A stretch of DNA of 57,722 nucleotides, filler included, from Jimgerdemannia flammicorona (GCA_003990765.1; 3 parts of 3 records of this genome joined end to end with filler, not necessarily neighbours in it); one strand, 5' to 3'; numbered from the whole stretch's first letter, positions 39,587 through 52,166 are shown. Numbers and translations are program-made. The notes: generated by a model not told the origin, from the sequence alone.

Positions 39587-41875
39587 ATGGCAGCCGCAAC
39601 CTTTGCCACCCCGCCCTCGTCCAATCCCCACCGCAACATCATCCGCATTCCGGTCTCGCTGATCAAGAACACAAGCACAAGCGCCGCAGTAGCCAAACGG
39701 AAAGCCGTCACCGCAGCAGTCAGCCTCGCTAGCGTCTCGACCGCGACGACCACTATGAACGACGTGGCTGCGGCCATCCTACCCGCCACCGGCTATAACT
39801 ACAACTACCGTGCCCCGACCGGCCCGCTCTCCTCCCAGTCGTCCTCCATCGCTGGGAACAACGCCGACTTTGCACAGCATATACCGGCCATCGTACCAAG
39901 GATCAAGCTTATCGTCCGTCCCGCCAATGGCTCGTCCCCCGCCACGGCCTTCATCGCACCATCGCCGCCATCAAAGAGCTCCGCTCTCAAAAAACGGAAA
40001 AGGGACGGAAACAATGCATCCGCTGAGTCGTCGCCTTCGTCCGCTCAGGCCGCTATCAAGACCCTCCCGCCCGTGGTCCCGCTCAAGAAGCGAAAACTCA
40101 ATGATATCCGCCCGCAAGCCTTATCGTTCAGCTCCGTGTCCACATCTCCCCTCATGGGATCGAGCTCGAGTTTCCGCATGAGCACGTCATCGTCGTCGTC
40201 GTCATCATCGTCATCGTCCACGTCCACGTCGCGGACCTCCAGCATGTCAATTGATCTCGCCCCTGGCTCGTCCACGCATCCAATCCGCATCACGTCCTCG
40301 GACGACGAAAACTCCACCTCGCCCACTATCCCGATCTCCGCCGTGTCAATGAATTACCCGGTTGTCCACAGCTCGTCCTCCTCGCCCATTGAGCTGACAA
40401 GCACCGCCGTGTCCCCGCAGATCCAGACCGCGCTCGCGCGTCTCATTCCCAACGCCGAGCAACAGGCCCTCCACGCCTTCACCCCGCAGCAGCTCGAAAA
40501 CCACAAGCACTTGCTTCTCGCCGTGCTCATGCACTGCTCGCGCTTCTCTGTCTCAGGCGAGCTTGAGCCCGAAGAGCGCTACGATCTCGACAAGTTCCTG
40601 GGCAGTGGCGCCAGCGGCCTAGTCCTCCGCGGTACCCGCAAGCGCGACGGCGCCAAAGTGGCCGTCAAGCTCATCGCCGAGTCCTCGTCCTCCACGCACG
40701 CCAAATTCCACCGGGAGCTGTCGACTCTCACGGCCATGAATCACGAAAACGTGCTTCCGTGCTGGGATGCCTTCAGCTGCCCGCCCTCGTGTGTTCCCTC
40801 GCTCAGCGGGGTGGATACCACGTCCCCGGGCACACCCCCGAGTAAGGCCGGCGTCACCTCGCAAAAGAACCTCGTCGTCCACGTGCCTCGTGTCTTCGTC
40901 ATCGTCGCACCCTACATGGATGCCTGCCTCTTCGACCTCATCGATCAGCACAAAAGTGGCACCGGCTCCACCATCTCGTCGGACTCTGCCTCCGTCGGCG
41001 GCCTCCCGCTGGATATTGTTAAGCCCGTTTTCACCCAGCTCGCCCTCGGCCTGCAGTACATGCACGCCCGCGGCTTCGTCCACGGCGACATCAAGGACGA
41101 GAATGCCCTCGTCGAAGTTGTCAACGGCGGCCGCGTCCTCGCCCGCCTATGCGACTTTGGCCATACTCGCTGGGTGCCCCGCGAGAGCAATCCCACCGTC
41201 GTCTGCCCTTCCAAGCTCGTCCTCTGTGATGTTCCAGAATGTCCCTACGCCATCAGCGGCAAGAATGGCGGCTTCCTCGAGACAGACGTGCTCAACCCGC
41301 AGGGGAACCGGAATCACCCCTACGCGCTCTACGGCACAACCGTCATGACCCCACCGGAGATGCACCACAACGTCCGCCTTAAAGCCTGGTTCCGCCAGCA
41401 GCAGCAGCAGCACCAGCTCCAGCAGCAGGCCGCCGGTGAGACAAGCGCCGCGGTCCCCGCCTTGCCATCCGGCGCCACCCCGCAGTACTCCGGCGCCACC
41501 CCGCAGTACTCCGGCTTTGGCGGGTTCGAGGCTGACGTCTGGGCTCTTGGGCTCCTGCTCCACACCATGGTCTTTGGCGAACTGCCCGCTGAATGCTACG
41601 CCCTCGAGTCAGATTACACCACCGGTGTGACAAAGACCCCCAAGGCTGGCAGGCGTGGCAGGCGGAAAGCCGTCGCGGATGGGGCCGAGGATGAAGCCGA
41701 GGAGGCCAAGGCGAAGAAAGCCGGCACGTGTGGCGTCAGAATCGGAGGGAAGGGAAAGAAGGTCGGAGCCGTGGATCGTAGACTGAGAGACCTGCTAAGG
41801 AAGATGCTGGCGAGGGATGCCGAGAAAAGGTTGAGGATGGAAGAAGTACTTGGTCACGCATGGGTTGTGGGTTAA
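39587..41875 (+). CDS. Ser/Thr protein kinase (CAMK-group, PIM/PAS-kinase-like), 762 aa, intronless
   Basis: LGSGASG, VAVK, HGDIKDEN, CDFG, GTTVMTPPE, ADVWALG and EVLGHAW. Long low-complexity Ser-rich N-terminus with basic KKRK motifs. Confidence 0.93.
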   Translation: MAAATFATPPSSNPHRNIIRIPVSLIKNTSTSAAVAKRKAVTAAVSLASVSTATTTMNDVAAAILPATGYNYNYRAPTGPLSSQSSSIAGNNADFAQHIPAIVPRIKLIVRPANGSSPATAFIAPSPPSKSSALKKRKRDGNNASAESSPSSAQAAIKTLPPVVPLKKRKLNDIRPQALSFSSVSTSPLMGSSSSFRMSTSSSSSSSSSSSTSTSRTSSMSIDLAPGSSTHPIRITSSDDENSTSPTIPISAVSMNYPVVHSSSSSPIELTSTAVSPQIQTALARLIPNAEQQALHAFTPQQLENHKHLLLAVLMHCSRFSVSGELEPEERYDLDKFLGSGASGLVLRGTRKRDGAKVAVKLIAESSSSTHAKFHRELSTLTAMNHENVLPCWDAFSCPPSCVPSLSGVDTTSPGTPPSKAGVTSQKNLVVHVPRVFVIVAPYMDACLFDLIDQHKSGTGSTISSDSASVGGLPLDIVKPVFTQLALGLQYMHARGFVHGDIKDENALVEVVNGGRVLARLCDFGHTRWVPRESNPTVVCPSKLVLCDVPECPYAISGKNGGFLETDVLNPQGNRNHPYALYGTTVMTPPEMHHNVRLKAWFRQQQQQHQLQQQAAGETSAAVPALPSGATPQYSGATPQYSGFGGFEADVWALGLLLHTMVFGELPAECYALESDYTTGVTKTPKAGRRGRRKAVADGAEDEAEEAKAKKAGTCGVRIGGKGKKVGAVDRRLRDLLRKMLARDAEKRLRMEEVLGHAWVVG

Positions 41876-42838
41876 TTAATCCCCCGATCCCAATTGTACA
41901 GGCGTTGAACTTTTGAAGACCGGCAGATGCATCTAGACTTTTATTTTCCCCTTTTTTGGGAGGGTTCTTTTGGACTTGGCGCCGTATCGAATCGTTTTTT
42001 TATTTTGCTTTTTACGCGTTGACTTCTCAGTTTGCTCTGGACTCTTAATGCTTGCGGTTTTGCTTTTAATCATAGACGTTTTGCGAAGGTGCTTGTATAC
42101 ACCTGTTTTGTTTATTTTTTTACTTCATATTTGCTTTCGCTTCTTGTTAATCTTGCTGTTCGAGGGGTCGGAGGAGGTAACACCCCTTACTGTATTCTAT
42201 TTCTTTCTTTTGCGCGTTATTTGCTTTGATTTTCCTCATCTGCCTTTTTTTTTATTTTCTTTTATTTTGTATCATTTCACCAATAATTCCTGTCACACCT
42301 CCGTCACCCTGTCGCCTTTCTACCCTCTTCTTGTACATTTCTTCTCTTTCTTCATTATTAAACCCTCCATTGCCTTTTGAGACAGGAATCTCTCTTTTTG
42401 TCTTTTCTTACCCCTAGGTGTCAAGCTTGCTTTTATTTTTCCCGTTTTTCCCTCCTCGCCATTCTGATGCTTTATTTGCTTTGACACCTTTACCTTCTTG
42501 TACACATATTTATGTGTCGCTGTAATTATGCGCAGGTAGACGGTGCCATGCCGTCCCCTCTGTCGCATTTTGTTATTTTTTTTTTTTTGTTATTGACTAT
42601 ATGCCCCTTTTACTTTCAATTTCCTTGCGCCTAGTACCCGCTCTTTTTGTAAAGCTTGCAATCATAGAAATCTTTGCGCCTTTTGTCTTCATCACAACGT
42701 CATTTTCTGTCATTTCTTTATATCTTTCACCTCTTGTTTTTCTTTCACAGGTGCGCCTGCCTGTGGTTTTTCCAATCCTCGAATCACCTTTTTGTTTTCC
42801 TGGCTCCTGGCCTAGTCGACGTCTCTCTCTATGATCCA

Positions 42839-42841
<3 letters not shown>

Positions 42842-42884
<43 letters not shown>
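42842..42884 (+). repeat. (CT)n microsatellite
   Basis: Seen directly in the sequence. Confidence 0.95.
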
Positions 42885-42887
<3 letters not shown>

Positions 42888-43879
42888 AATCATCCTTCTC
42901 TTCTCTACGCCGACTAGATTATTAGACTTTTGTGGCACTGGATCGCACCCCACCTTTTCATCTTCCTTCTCTCCCTTAACACGTTCACACCACACCTCCC
43001 AAATAGACTTGAGGCAAGGCGGATAGGTATGATGTGTGTACCACATAGATGCCCGGGTAGCGCGATGTATGCTGTATAAAAGTGGATTTCTTTTACTTCG
43101 CAAGAATTGGGAGACATGCAAGGGTTGTATAAGTGATGATGGGGGTGTGCGTATCCGATTTCGGCGGCCTGGTCGAAGTCATAGCGCGCGCGCGCTGAAC
43201 AGCTTGCTCGTCGAAGCAACCGCTATCGGCATGGAAGCTGGAGGTGGCGTTTGTATGACGCTGGTTAAACACAAGTCTCGGATGTGCAGTCTATCAACGA
43301 ACACCGAAGGCGTCTCGAATCTCACGGCTGCATGATAGATTCTTGTGAATTAGAAGCGATTTATTTTTAAGGATTTGCGCATTTTCAAAAATGTGTTGGC
43401 CGTGCATAACAATTGATCTTCGCCTTTTCACTACTATACTGTTCAATGATGATGGCTAGCGGTCCTTCTTGGCTATTGGTGGCCAATGTACACGTCTTAC
43501 CGAGTATTGCTCTATGTTCTTTTTGTACTGCCTTGTCCTACTTTGTGCTCTTCTTCTTTTCATATTGTATTGCCTTCTTCCTTTTCGCCCTGAGATACTA
43601 TAGATATCCTCTCCCAAATGACTCCATCAAGCATACATTGCCGCTGGCACAGCGGCGTCCATCCATCTCTACAATGTCAATCCCGAGCCGCCTCCCCACA
43701 TACAGAAACATCCGGGTCTGCAAGGACGTTATTGTCTCCTGCGATAACCAAGGAGGCCTCAATCCTGTCTGAGTCTGACTCCAACCATCCGTTTGGACAT
43801 AAAACCACGGAATGGAAAGTACCGATAAAAAATTGCTTCTACACTCCGAACAAGTTTGTGGCTGACTACTATCACTTGT

Positions 43880-44420
43880 GCTACGGCAAGTCGTTTTTGG
43901 AGAAACATCTGAGGATAGATAGGGCGACTAATCTCAAGGTAAGAAAACGCTGCGGTATCGTGTTTCATGTCTGGGACGCGCGTACGGATCGGCTCAGGAA
44001 AAAAAGGTGGGTGATGGCCTTCCTTTCCCAAAATGGCAATCTGGCGACCGGCGACCGGAATGATATTCCCTTTTTGACACCTGCGCCTATCCAGAGCCAC
44101 GACCGCAAGTGTTCCGTCTTTGTTGGCAACTTCGCCTTTGATGCGCAGGAAGAAGGACTCTGGGCCTTCTTCAAAAACTGTGGTGAGATCGGGAATGTAC
44201 GAATCGTGCGAGACTCGAAGACGAATCTAGGCTTATGTGCAGTTTGTGGTATGTAAAGAAAATGGTATCGCGTGCATGCTTTGTGAGAGTGAGGGAGGCG
44301 ATGCTCCATTGAGGAGTTTGAAGAATTCTCTTTATTTTCTGTGTAAATTTGTTTATTTTTGAATGAGCACATAAAACTTGGCAAGCCAAGACGAATCGCA
44401 TTTGCCAGTGTCGGAATGAA
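43880..44420 (+). pseudogene. RRM protein fragment, Nop12/RBM34-like
   Basis: [11 protein letters not shown], then a GTAAG intron, then [46 protein letters not shown]. The RNP1 (KGFAYV-type) motif is broken and a stop follows. Confidence 0.7.
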
Positions 44421-45060
44421 ATCCTATCCCACTAAGACCAAAGAATCTATTGAATAACTCTACCCAAAGAAAACCTATTACAGGACCAGATTCAATGTCC
44501 TCACATTATGCTAAAGGTCTTCGTCACCCACCCTTACCTCTTGGGCGAGAGGTGCCAGAAGCACCTGTGATATTTTGAATCATCCATTCCAAGTTTTCTT
44601 TGAGAGAAAAATCTCAAAGTTTGATTCTCACTGCTGCGGAATGACCCACAACACAGCCAGCTGGATCCCGCGCCTCTCCGCTCAAATAAGTCTCGTCATT
44701 GGCCAAAATGTATCGTTGGGAGAATACCGAAACGCCGGCAACTCCTACATAATCATCAGCAAAGCCAAGAAAACCAACCCTGGGGTGCAAACCGACGAGG
44801 CAAGGTCTCATATAGAGTCAATTTACACGCTTTTATATACGTGTTTTTTCGTGACGACTGATGACGTCACCATTGCCAGGATTATAAGAATTTTTGAATT
44901 AGCTACCCCGCTAGGAATTCTATCGGATCAATAAACATACACATGTACATATCACGATTGTTCCGATCCGGGAAGTCTCGATCGGGTCTGTGCTGTAAGA
45001 ACACGGATTTCGCGACCTGCTCCATCACGACCCAAGACCCTGCTCTACTCGATTTATTAT

Positions 45061-45575
45061 TTAGTTATTAGAATAGGATCAAAGAATTTTGTATAGCATT
45101 TGAGCGAATAAACCTCATTCAATTTCTCAGTGAAAAATCCACTATAATTCCTACGATGATAGTGTCGTAGATGGGCACGGCGGCCTGGCCATACTGGGGG
45201 AAGGTGTGAACCCGTGGCGAGATGGGCTACGGTTTCGAGCAACGTGACAATTGCCAAGGTGGGTTTCGCCATTGGAATTGATGATGGCAAAGGGGAGCGG
45301 GTGAAAGTAGGTTGACTGACAGGTTTTCTTTGGATCGTCCGTCAGATGCGCCCCGGTCGGGGGATCTATCAGATTAATAAATATGCACATGTCCATATTT
45401 ACATATTTACAGGGATTCTTTGTCACATTTAGAGGGGCACTTGCCATGTGACCAGTGGCCAATTACCGGCGTGACTTGTTATTGCTTAGCTATTAGAATA
45501 GAACTAAAGAAATTTGTGTATTATACATGGTATTTGAGCAAATAAACCTCAGTCAATTTCTCAGTGAAAAATTCA
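45061..45575 (+). repeat. Pair of ~80-90 bp direct repeats (45061-45140 and 45486-45575)
   Basis: tattagaata...atttgagc.aataaacctca.tcaatttctcagtgaaaaat occurs in both copies. Confidence 0.8.
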
Positions 45576-47099
45576 TTACATTGCCTCAAGAAAGCAGATC
45601 AAGGTTTGCTCTGCAGCCTATGTTTCCTCGGTAGTCCACGTTCCCTCGACAGTCCACGTTCCCACGGTGTCACATCTATTCTATCAATTGATGAAAATCA
45701 CACGTAGTGGCAAAGCCCATTCTTTCCCACTCTGGCTACATACCGCGATCCGATGGTGCCCGCGACGAGGTGGCGGAGGAGAGAGATGACGCATGGGTTC
45801 ATCATGTAGCGCGCAGAGGTTTCGACGAAGATTGGTTCGTAGGGCGGGGTTCCAGATGCAAACAGATCTTGGCTATCTCCAACCTCGATCCCAAAATTAT
45901 CACTGCTGTCTCGTCATCGTATTTCAGAAAAGGCCGTCTTCAGCTATTGCTTCTATCGCCAACAAAGTTGCGCGCATGGGAGTTTCCGCAGCATCCAGAT
46001 ACGCAGCCCAACGTGGCGGAAGAGGCGGCCGGCGGAGAGGAGGTCATCGCGATTAATTCCAAGGGTGGAGATGGAGTCCGAAGCGACAAGCGAGGACATG
46101 AGGAGCGGTGACGAAGACAGGGGGATTTAGCGGTCGTTGGTGATGATGAAGAGCGTGAAGATGGATAGGTCTGGCAAGAATGTGCAATGGTAATGTTCGA
46201 GCATGTCGAAAGTGAACAGGACCCTGAATCTGAGTTGGTTGGATAGATTCAGCGTCGTGATGTTGTGCAAGTATGAAGTCCAGTGGCATAGGATTGTATG
46301 TTCAGAGTTCTTCGTATCCCCACCAATAGCTACTCACTTGGCTCACTAGGCCACAAATATCTTCACCTTCTCCGTCTACCCTTCCCTTCGCAATTCATAT
46401 TGTCCAACCCTAAAGAAATCGTAACATGTATTTTTATTTTGCATGGCTGTGTGTAGGTGAGTGTGGAAGTTGGCGCCTGCGCTGCTTATCAACATCCTAT
46501 CGTAACTTGTCAACTGAGCCGCGGCGCGCATTGTCCCTGCACGCGGACGAACTCGAACGAGATTCTTGTGCGCCAGACAGACGCGGGTTACGTGATCGCA
46601 CTGGGACACCAGGAAGCGCAGGTATCTGTCCAGCGAACGCAAGTTGAACTCGGTCGGGCCCAACTTCCCGTCCACTCCCAGCTGTGCTTGTGGTGATTCA
46701 CCGAGGTCTTGGCGGACGCGAATTATAGTTGAAGGACATATAGGGGAGAAGGATTCGAAATTTTAGGGGGCTTAATAATGTTTCCGGCATGGTAAGAGTG
46801 GATGCTGCTGCAGTAACCGAGAAATGGTTCGGATAAATTCCCATGGGCATCGGAATGAGTTGTCTCAAAGTAAACCGCGCAGAATATTATATCGGTGGCC
46901 TCGATTTTTGCATAATCTATACGGTTTCTCCCTATCATATATTTCTTCTCTCTTGTTGGTTCAAAATCACTCACGCAGATGCACACTCATCCCTTGAACG
47001 AATTCTGCCAATAAATTCCTCTTCTACAATTCACCTCTGCAATTTATCCCTCACCCCTCCTGCCTCTACCTAATCTCCCTTCCTCTCGACTCAGTTTCC

Positions 47100-47828
47100 T
47101 TAAACGATGTACTCCCATTCCACGTCACTTAGGTTGATCCCTATATTAGGCGTGAACCCGAACCCGTACCCACTCCACTCCGGTTCGATGGTCCCGCCGC
47201 AGACCCGGTCCTCGTCTACCACGATTCGCATGCGGCCGCGCACCATCTCCACGCGCGCGTTATACAGGGTCACGTTGGCTTGCGGCTGGAGGATATCGAT
47301 CTGGTCTGATGTAGTGGGTTCGGGCGAGGGGCGACCAAGGAGAAGGCGGGACGGGGGGAGAGGCGGGCGAGATGAGTGATACGTTCACAGTGGACGATGT
47401 CGTGAAACATCCTCGTTATTGAAAGCCTAATAGTATAAACCATTTCAGACAAGCTTACCGTTCACCGCCTTCAAGACGATCGTTGCCGTGTCATCGGCAA
47501 CCAGGTATTCCGCCACACGTATGACCTTGCCGCCTGCGTTAAGCGAAACAGCCGAAACTATCAGCAAGCAGCAAGCTAGAGCAATAAGGGCTTCTGACAT
47601 CCTACCCAGTGATGTGCCCATCCCACTCACTCTCGTGTTGGCTCTGCGCCAAGACAAGCTGCGTCACGACCTGGACGCACAGGTCGGCTTGGTGTTTGGA
47701 GGGACGAAGCTGGGCTATCTTTGTGTCTGGAGGAGAGCCGAAGGGTAGGATGACGGGTTTGAGAAACTATCCATTCGTTGGCGACACGGCAAGCTCAAAG
47801 AAGCTCACGTACAGGTTGTTCCGGGCAT
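47100..47828 (-). CDS. Small OB-fold nucleic-acid-binding protein (At4g28440-like), 4 exons, 130 aa
   Basis: Exons 47828-47813, 47726-47631, 47533-47459 and 47305-47100 splice in frame with GT-AG to give MPGTTYTKIAQLRP...RVAEYLVADDTATIVLKAVNDQIDILQPQANVTLYNARVEMVRGRMRIVVD...NLSDVEWEYIV. Confidence 0.88.
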
Positions 47829-48578
47829 GTTGAGAGCTGAAATGTAAAGAGTGCCTCAAATCATGTGACTCTGATGGTGGTCGTCATTAACCTGAACAGG
47901 GAAGTGATCCGTCACAGCTTACACCTCTTGTTTGTGAATTAAAGTTAATGTTTCAGTATCCACACGGTACAAGGTGTTAGTGGAGCACATTTTGGAGAGG
48001 TATGTGTGAGGGGTGACACTGTTTTTGCTCAAAATCGTAGCACACCGTACTTTGTGCGGTAGAGTGCGTCCAATCGGACGAGCCGACTATCGCGAGGCAG
48101 TGTCCCCCCCCACCAAAGGTCATTGCTACAACGATTACTCCCTACCAACGACGCTGCCTCGGCGACAACCCACATGTTGATGGTCCGCCTCGACATCCTG
48201 TGCGGCACGGCACGGTGGACGTGAGCTGCGCCTTGGTTTCATTGAAAATACCAATGACATCACTCAACGATAAAAGTGAAGCCACCTTTATGCATCCCCA
48301 TCGGGTAGTTTTTTCTTAGGCGGGATTAGGGGTGGACCCCCGTGATCTTTATTGGGTGGAATGCGGCTAGAGTGCTCTTTGAGGGTTGTGAATTTTGTAA
48401 TGGTCTGTACGATTGGGCCGATAGGTCCTTTTTATAATTTCCAGATACAAACGCTCTTTATCTTTCATTCGTAACACTAATAAGCTGAAAAACGTACTCA
48501 TAATTCTAGTCTCGCGGTCCTGTACAAATATTTCCGCTATTATTTAAATGTTCGTAAGTCCCATACCTCCACCTCCGA

Positions 48579-49817
48579 TTACGACCCAGCCACGAGCGGT
48601 ACCATTACCATCTCCAGCAGTTCGCTCACCCACCTGTCGCGCATGCCGACCCAACCCTCGTCGCAAACGACGGTATACCTCTCGAGGCTGACGAGTGCGC
48701 CGGCGAGGTGGCGCTCTGTGCGTGCGTTAACGACAAGCCCCAACCAGGTCTCACGCTCCTCGACCCATGTCTGGGCAACAGCGGTCCATAGCAGGGCCAT
48801 CTCGAGTTCGACGAGCTGGTAAGCAAACTGCTCGATGGTGGTCGGCGACCGTGACCGCCACACGCCCCGCGTGGCCGGCCACCGCGGCGCTTTATACCGC
48901 GGTGGGATGTGCTCCTCGTACGATAGCAAGTGCGACATCAACGACCGGATCGTTTGTGCGATTGAGTGCTCGTACGACGGCGGTGTATCGTAGCCCGGCG
49001 GTGCATCACCGGCTGAGGGCGAAATTATGTGCGCGAGTTGCACGAGGGGGGAGTTGGCTGGTCGTGTAGGGGTGGAAAGGTTTGAGGAAGGGGGTGTTGG
49101 AGGGGTGCTGGTTGCGTCGGTGATGTCTGGTGCGGGGGTCGATGGTGGGGAAGGTAGTGTGCCTTGAATGGAGGAGGTGACGATGGCAGGGTCGGCGCTA
49201 GAGGACACCTTCTCGGCATATTCCTCCGTGAACCGTTGATCGTCCATGGGACTGCCAGGTGAGCGCGGTGGCTCGTGCGGCGCCGTCACGTGGTCTCCGG
49301 GGGCGTCGGGGTACGGGCCCAGGACGTCGAGCTCGGCAGGTTCGTCGTCGTCCTCGTCCTCCGCATGGCGAGCCATCTCATGTCCGTCGATGGATTGCGT
49401 AGATGGGATGCTCTGCGAGGAGCCAGGGTTGAATACCACGTAGTGAACGGGGCCGTTGGAGAATTGTTCCTCGGTTGGAAGGATCCGGTCGAGGCGGCGG
49501 AGAATCTCGCAAAACTTGTTCTCGAGCGAGTCAAGGCGCTCGGCAAATACGTCCCCTGGCATGGCTTCCGTAGACGGTCGGTATGCCTCCCATGTTCTGT
49601 CGGCGTCCTCTGCCTGCACGGGGACACGTAAGGGTAAGAGCGGGATGCCAGACGTGAGATCTACGGCGACGGGGACGGGCCTGCCGTCTGACAGGAGGGC
49701 GGTAACGTGTGGGAAGAAAGCATGAATATCCGGAAATAGGATAAATGGCTCTGTGGCAACGCGGCGCACGGGGATTTCGCGGATTTCATTTTGGAAAGAT
49801 ACTCTCTGGAAGGACAT
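48579..49817 (-). CDS. Hypothetical protein, 412 aa, intronless; duplicated Trp-rich helical C-terminal motif
   Basis: Long ORF with coding-like GC3 and a Pro/Ser/Thr-rich linker. The C-terminus has two W-x3-R-x2-W...A-x2-L-x2-LE units. Confidence 0.85.
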   Translation of the reverse strand: MSFQRVSFQNEIREIPVRRVATEPFILFPDIHAFFPHVTALLSDGRPVPVAVDLTSGIPLLPLRVPVQAEDADRTWEAYRPSTEAMPGDVFAERLDSLENKFCEILRRLDRILPTEEQFSNGPVHYVVFNPGSSQSIPSTQSIDGHEMARHAEDEDDDEPAELDVLGPYPDAPGDHVTAPHEPPRSPGSPMDDQRFTEEYAEKVSSSADPAIVTSSIQGTLPSPPSTPAPDITDATSTPPTPPSSNLSTPTRPANSPLVQLAHIISPSAGDAPPGYDTPPSYEHSIAQTIRSLMSHLLSYEEHIPPRYKAPRWPATRGVWRSRSPTTIEQFAYQLVELEMALLWTAVAQTWVEERETWLGLVVNARTERHLAGALVSLERYTVVCDEGWVGMRDRWVSELLEMVMVPLVAGS

Positions 49818-51881
49818 GTCGAAGCAAAGGCTGTTCTATCGATAAACGCCACGGACAATCAACCCAGGAATGCGTGCTTGCCATCACGTGGATCCGCCGA
49901 TCTGCAGATGGCTTAGCAACAGCCAAAAATCTCCGATGCCGCAGCATCCTTCCTCCCCGAAATACCTTCGCTACCTTGACTACCTTCGCTATCTTCACCA
50001 TTTTCGACGCATCCAAATTGGTTACATGTTCATAAGATTTTCGTACCATTCCATCGTGGCCTCATTAATTCCGAATTCGCAGACATAATTGTGTCCCTCG
50101 GCATACCCCACGATCGCAAGTATATCAATACATGACTTACTCTGTGGTATGCAGTGAATTGTTGTGGATGAATCGCACGTAAATATCGAATGCTTATTGA
50201 AGTTTTCAGGCATAAAGTTTTGAATGTCCTCGGAAACAGATTATCAAATCTTGCATTCGCTTCCAATAACCAAAGATATGCAAAAATATATAGGGCGGAG
50301 ATGGGTCGTGCATTGAGCAGTACTATGAACCAGGAAATTAATGTACTTGCAATTCAAGGCAATCATCCTACCGACAATAGCCCCATAATTCCTGTACATC
50401 TCACAGTGCCGCTCCCGTTCATAACTTCACGGTTCCCAGCCAAAAATTGATACGCTGTGGGGCCTAAGTACACGTAGAGCACACTGTCGAAAGGGAGAGC
50501 CTCCGAAGTATAGGCACTCCGTTGTTCCAAGCACTCAAAGTCAAATGAGAACTTATTAGCGAAGTGTGATTCAAATGCATTCCGAGGAATTCTTACATGA
50601 GCAAGTAATCTTGGGTGCATTAACAGTATTTTACGAATAGAAGCAACATATGCAAGTGCAATAAAAGTGGAGAGACTTAATACGTGAAATCTACTAGAAG
50701 CTGAAGACTGGAATAAACCACCCCTAACCAATGACAAAGAAAGAAAGAAGAAAAAAGATCTATCGCAAAACAAATGAGTTCTAACGAAGCCTCCTCGAAC
50801 AGGGCTTGTACTGCGAGATAAGTGAGGGCTTTTGGTGTCGTTAGTGCCAGTCTTTGAACTGGTTGGTACTTTGAACTTTTTATTTTAATAAAAGGCTACG
50901 TCTAAGGTGTCTTCATAAGATACTGATCCGCAATTTTTTAAATTACAGTAATACGACAGTTATTTTGGAAAAAAAATCAGACCGAAAATACCACAAATCA
51001 TATTTAGTTATTCATCACCAGAAATTGTTACCAAAACTGTTGCCAAGGGGGCAAAGAATTGACCCCTGTAATAAACCGAGATCAGCGTTCCGATCGAGCG
51101 TCTCCTGCTGCCAAAGCGGTAGCAAAGATCAAGAGGCTACGTAATTTAATTTGCACATACCCATTTCGGCGCTTCTAATTGAGGGATCCCGGATGGCAGG
51201 GATAGTTTATATAACACCAAGAGCCAGTCGAACACACAAATAATTGTCGAATATTGGGTATTAAGTATTGAGAACAAACATCTGAGTTCTCGCCCTTATC
51301 GATTTTTCACGTGATGTTTGGCGGTTCCGGATTCCGAAATCGAACCCTGTGTCGCGATATGACGTAAAACGCCAAGCCGAATAGTGTCGTAACGTAATTA
51401 TATATGTCCAGGAAGCCACGCTACCATATACTGTCCAAACCATCATTCGTTTAATATCTGTTGGTATTTTTTATATAAGTTTTGGTGATACATTAGTTAT
51501 TTATTAGGCTTATTTTCATTTTATTTTATTTTTTTAAATAAAAAAAAAAATTACATCTGTTATATTAAAGCACTGATAGTTGATATATAACTTATCATTT
51601 ATCAACTAGCTCTTATGTTCACTCTCAATTAATATAAAAAACTAGAGTTTACATATAGTTATATACAATATGCAGCTCTTTAATAATAGTTTCTTTAACT
51701 AACATGATCCAGTTCAAGATCTTGATATAGCATGAACCTAATCATCAAGTTCTCAGCATCATCATCAGGTGCTCCCATATGAGTCTCCTATGACCCTTTG
51801 AATTGTGTGACAGGGTTTGGAATGATATCGTGCTTGATTATTTCGTATCTCAGATGTCAGAATTAGAGTGGTTTGACCCGC

Positions 51882-51938
<57 letters not shown>

Positions 51939-52166
51939 AGGTCATCAAGATGAGAAAACACAAAGCACAACCTCATCAAGCACAGTGATTGGGTTTCTTC
52001 TCGCCATTACGAAACATCCGTACCCGAAGAATTTAAGACATGTTTCGTTCATCCCTTACACATCTAATACACTGCCCCCCAAGAACCGGCCAACTTAATT
52101 TTAAAAGATCAAACGCTCGAGCTCAACCTATTTGTCAATTGGCTCGGATTTGTCATGTCATTTCTC

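Noticed and set aside
41970..43219. Hydrophobic or charged ORFs downstream of the kinase
   Set aside because: They arise from T-rich 3' UTR-like sequence and the (CT)n microsatellite.
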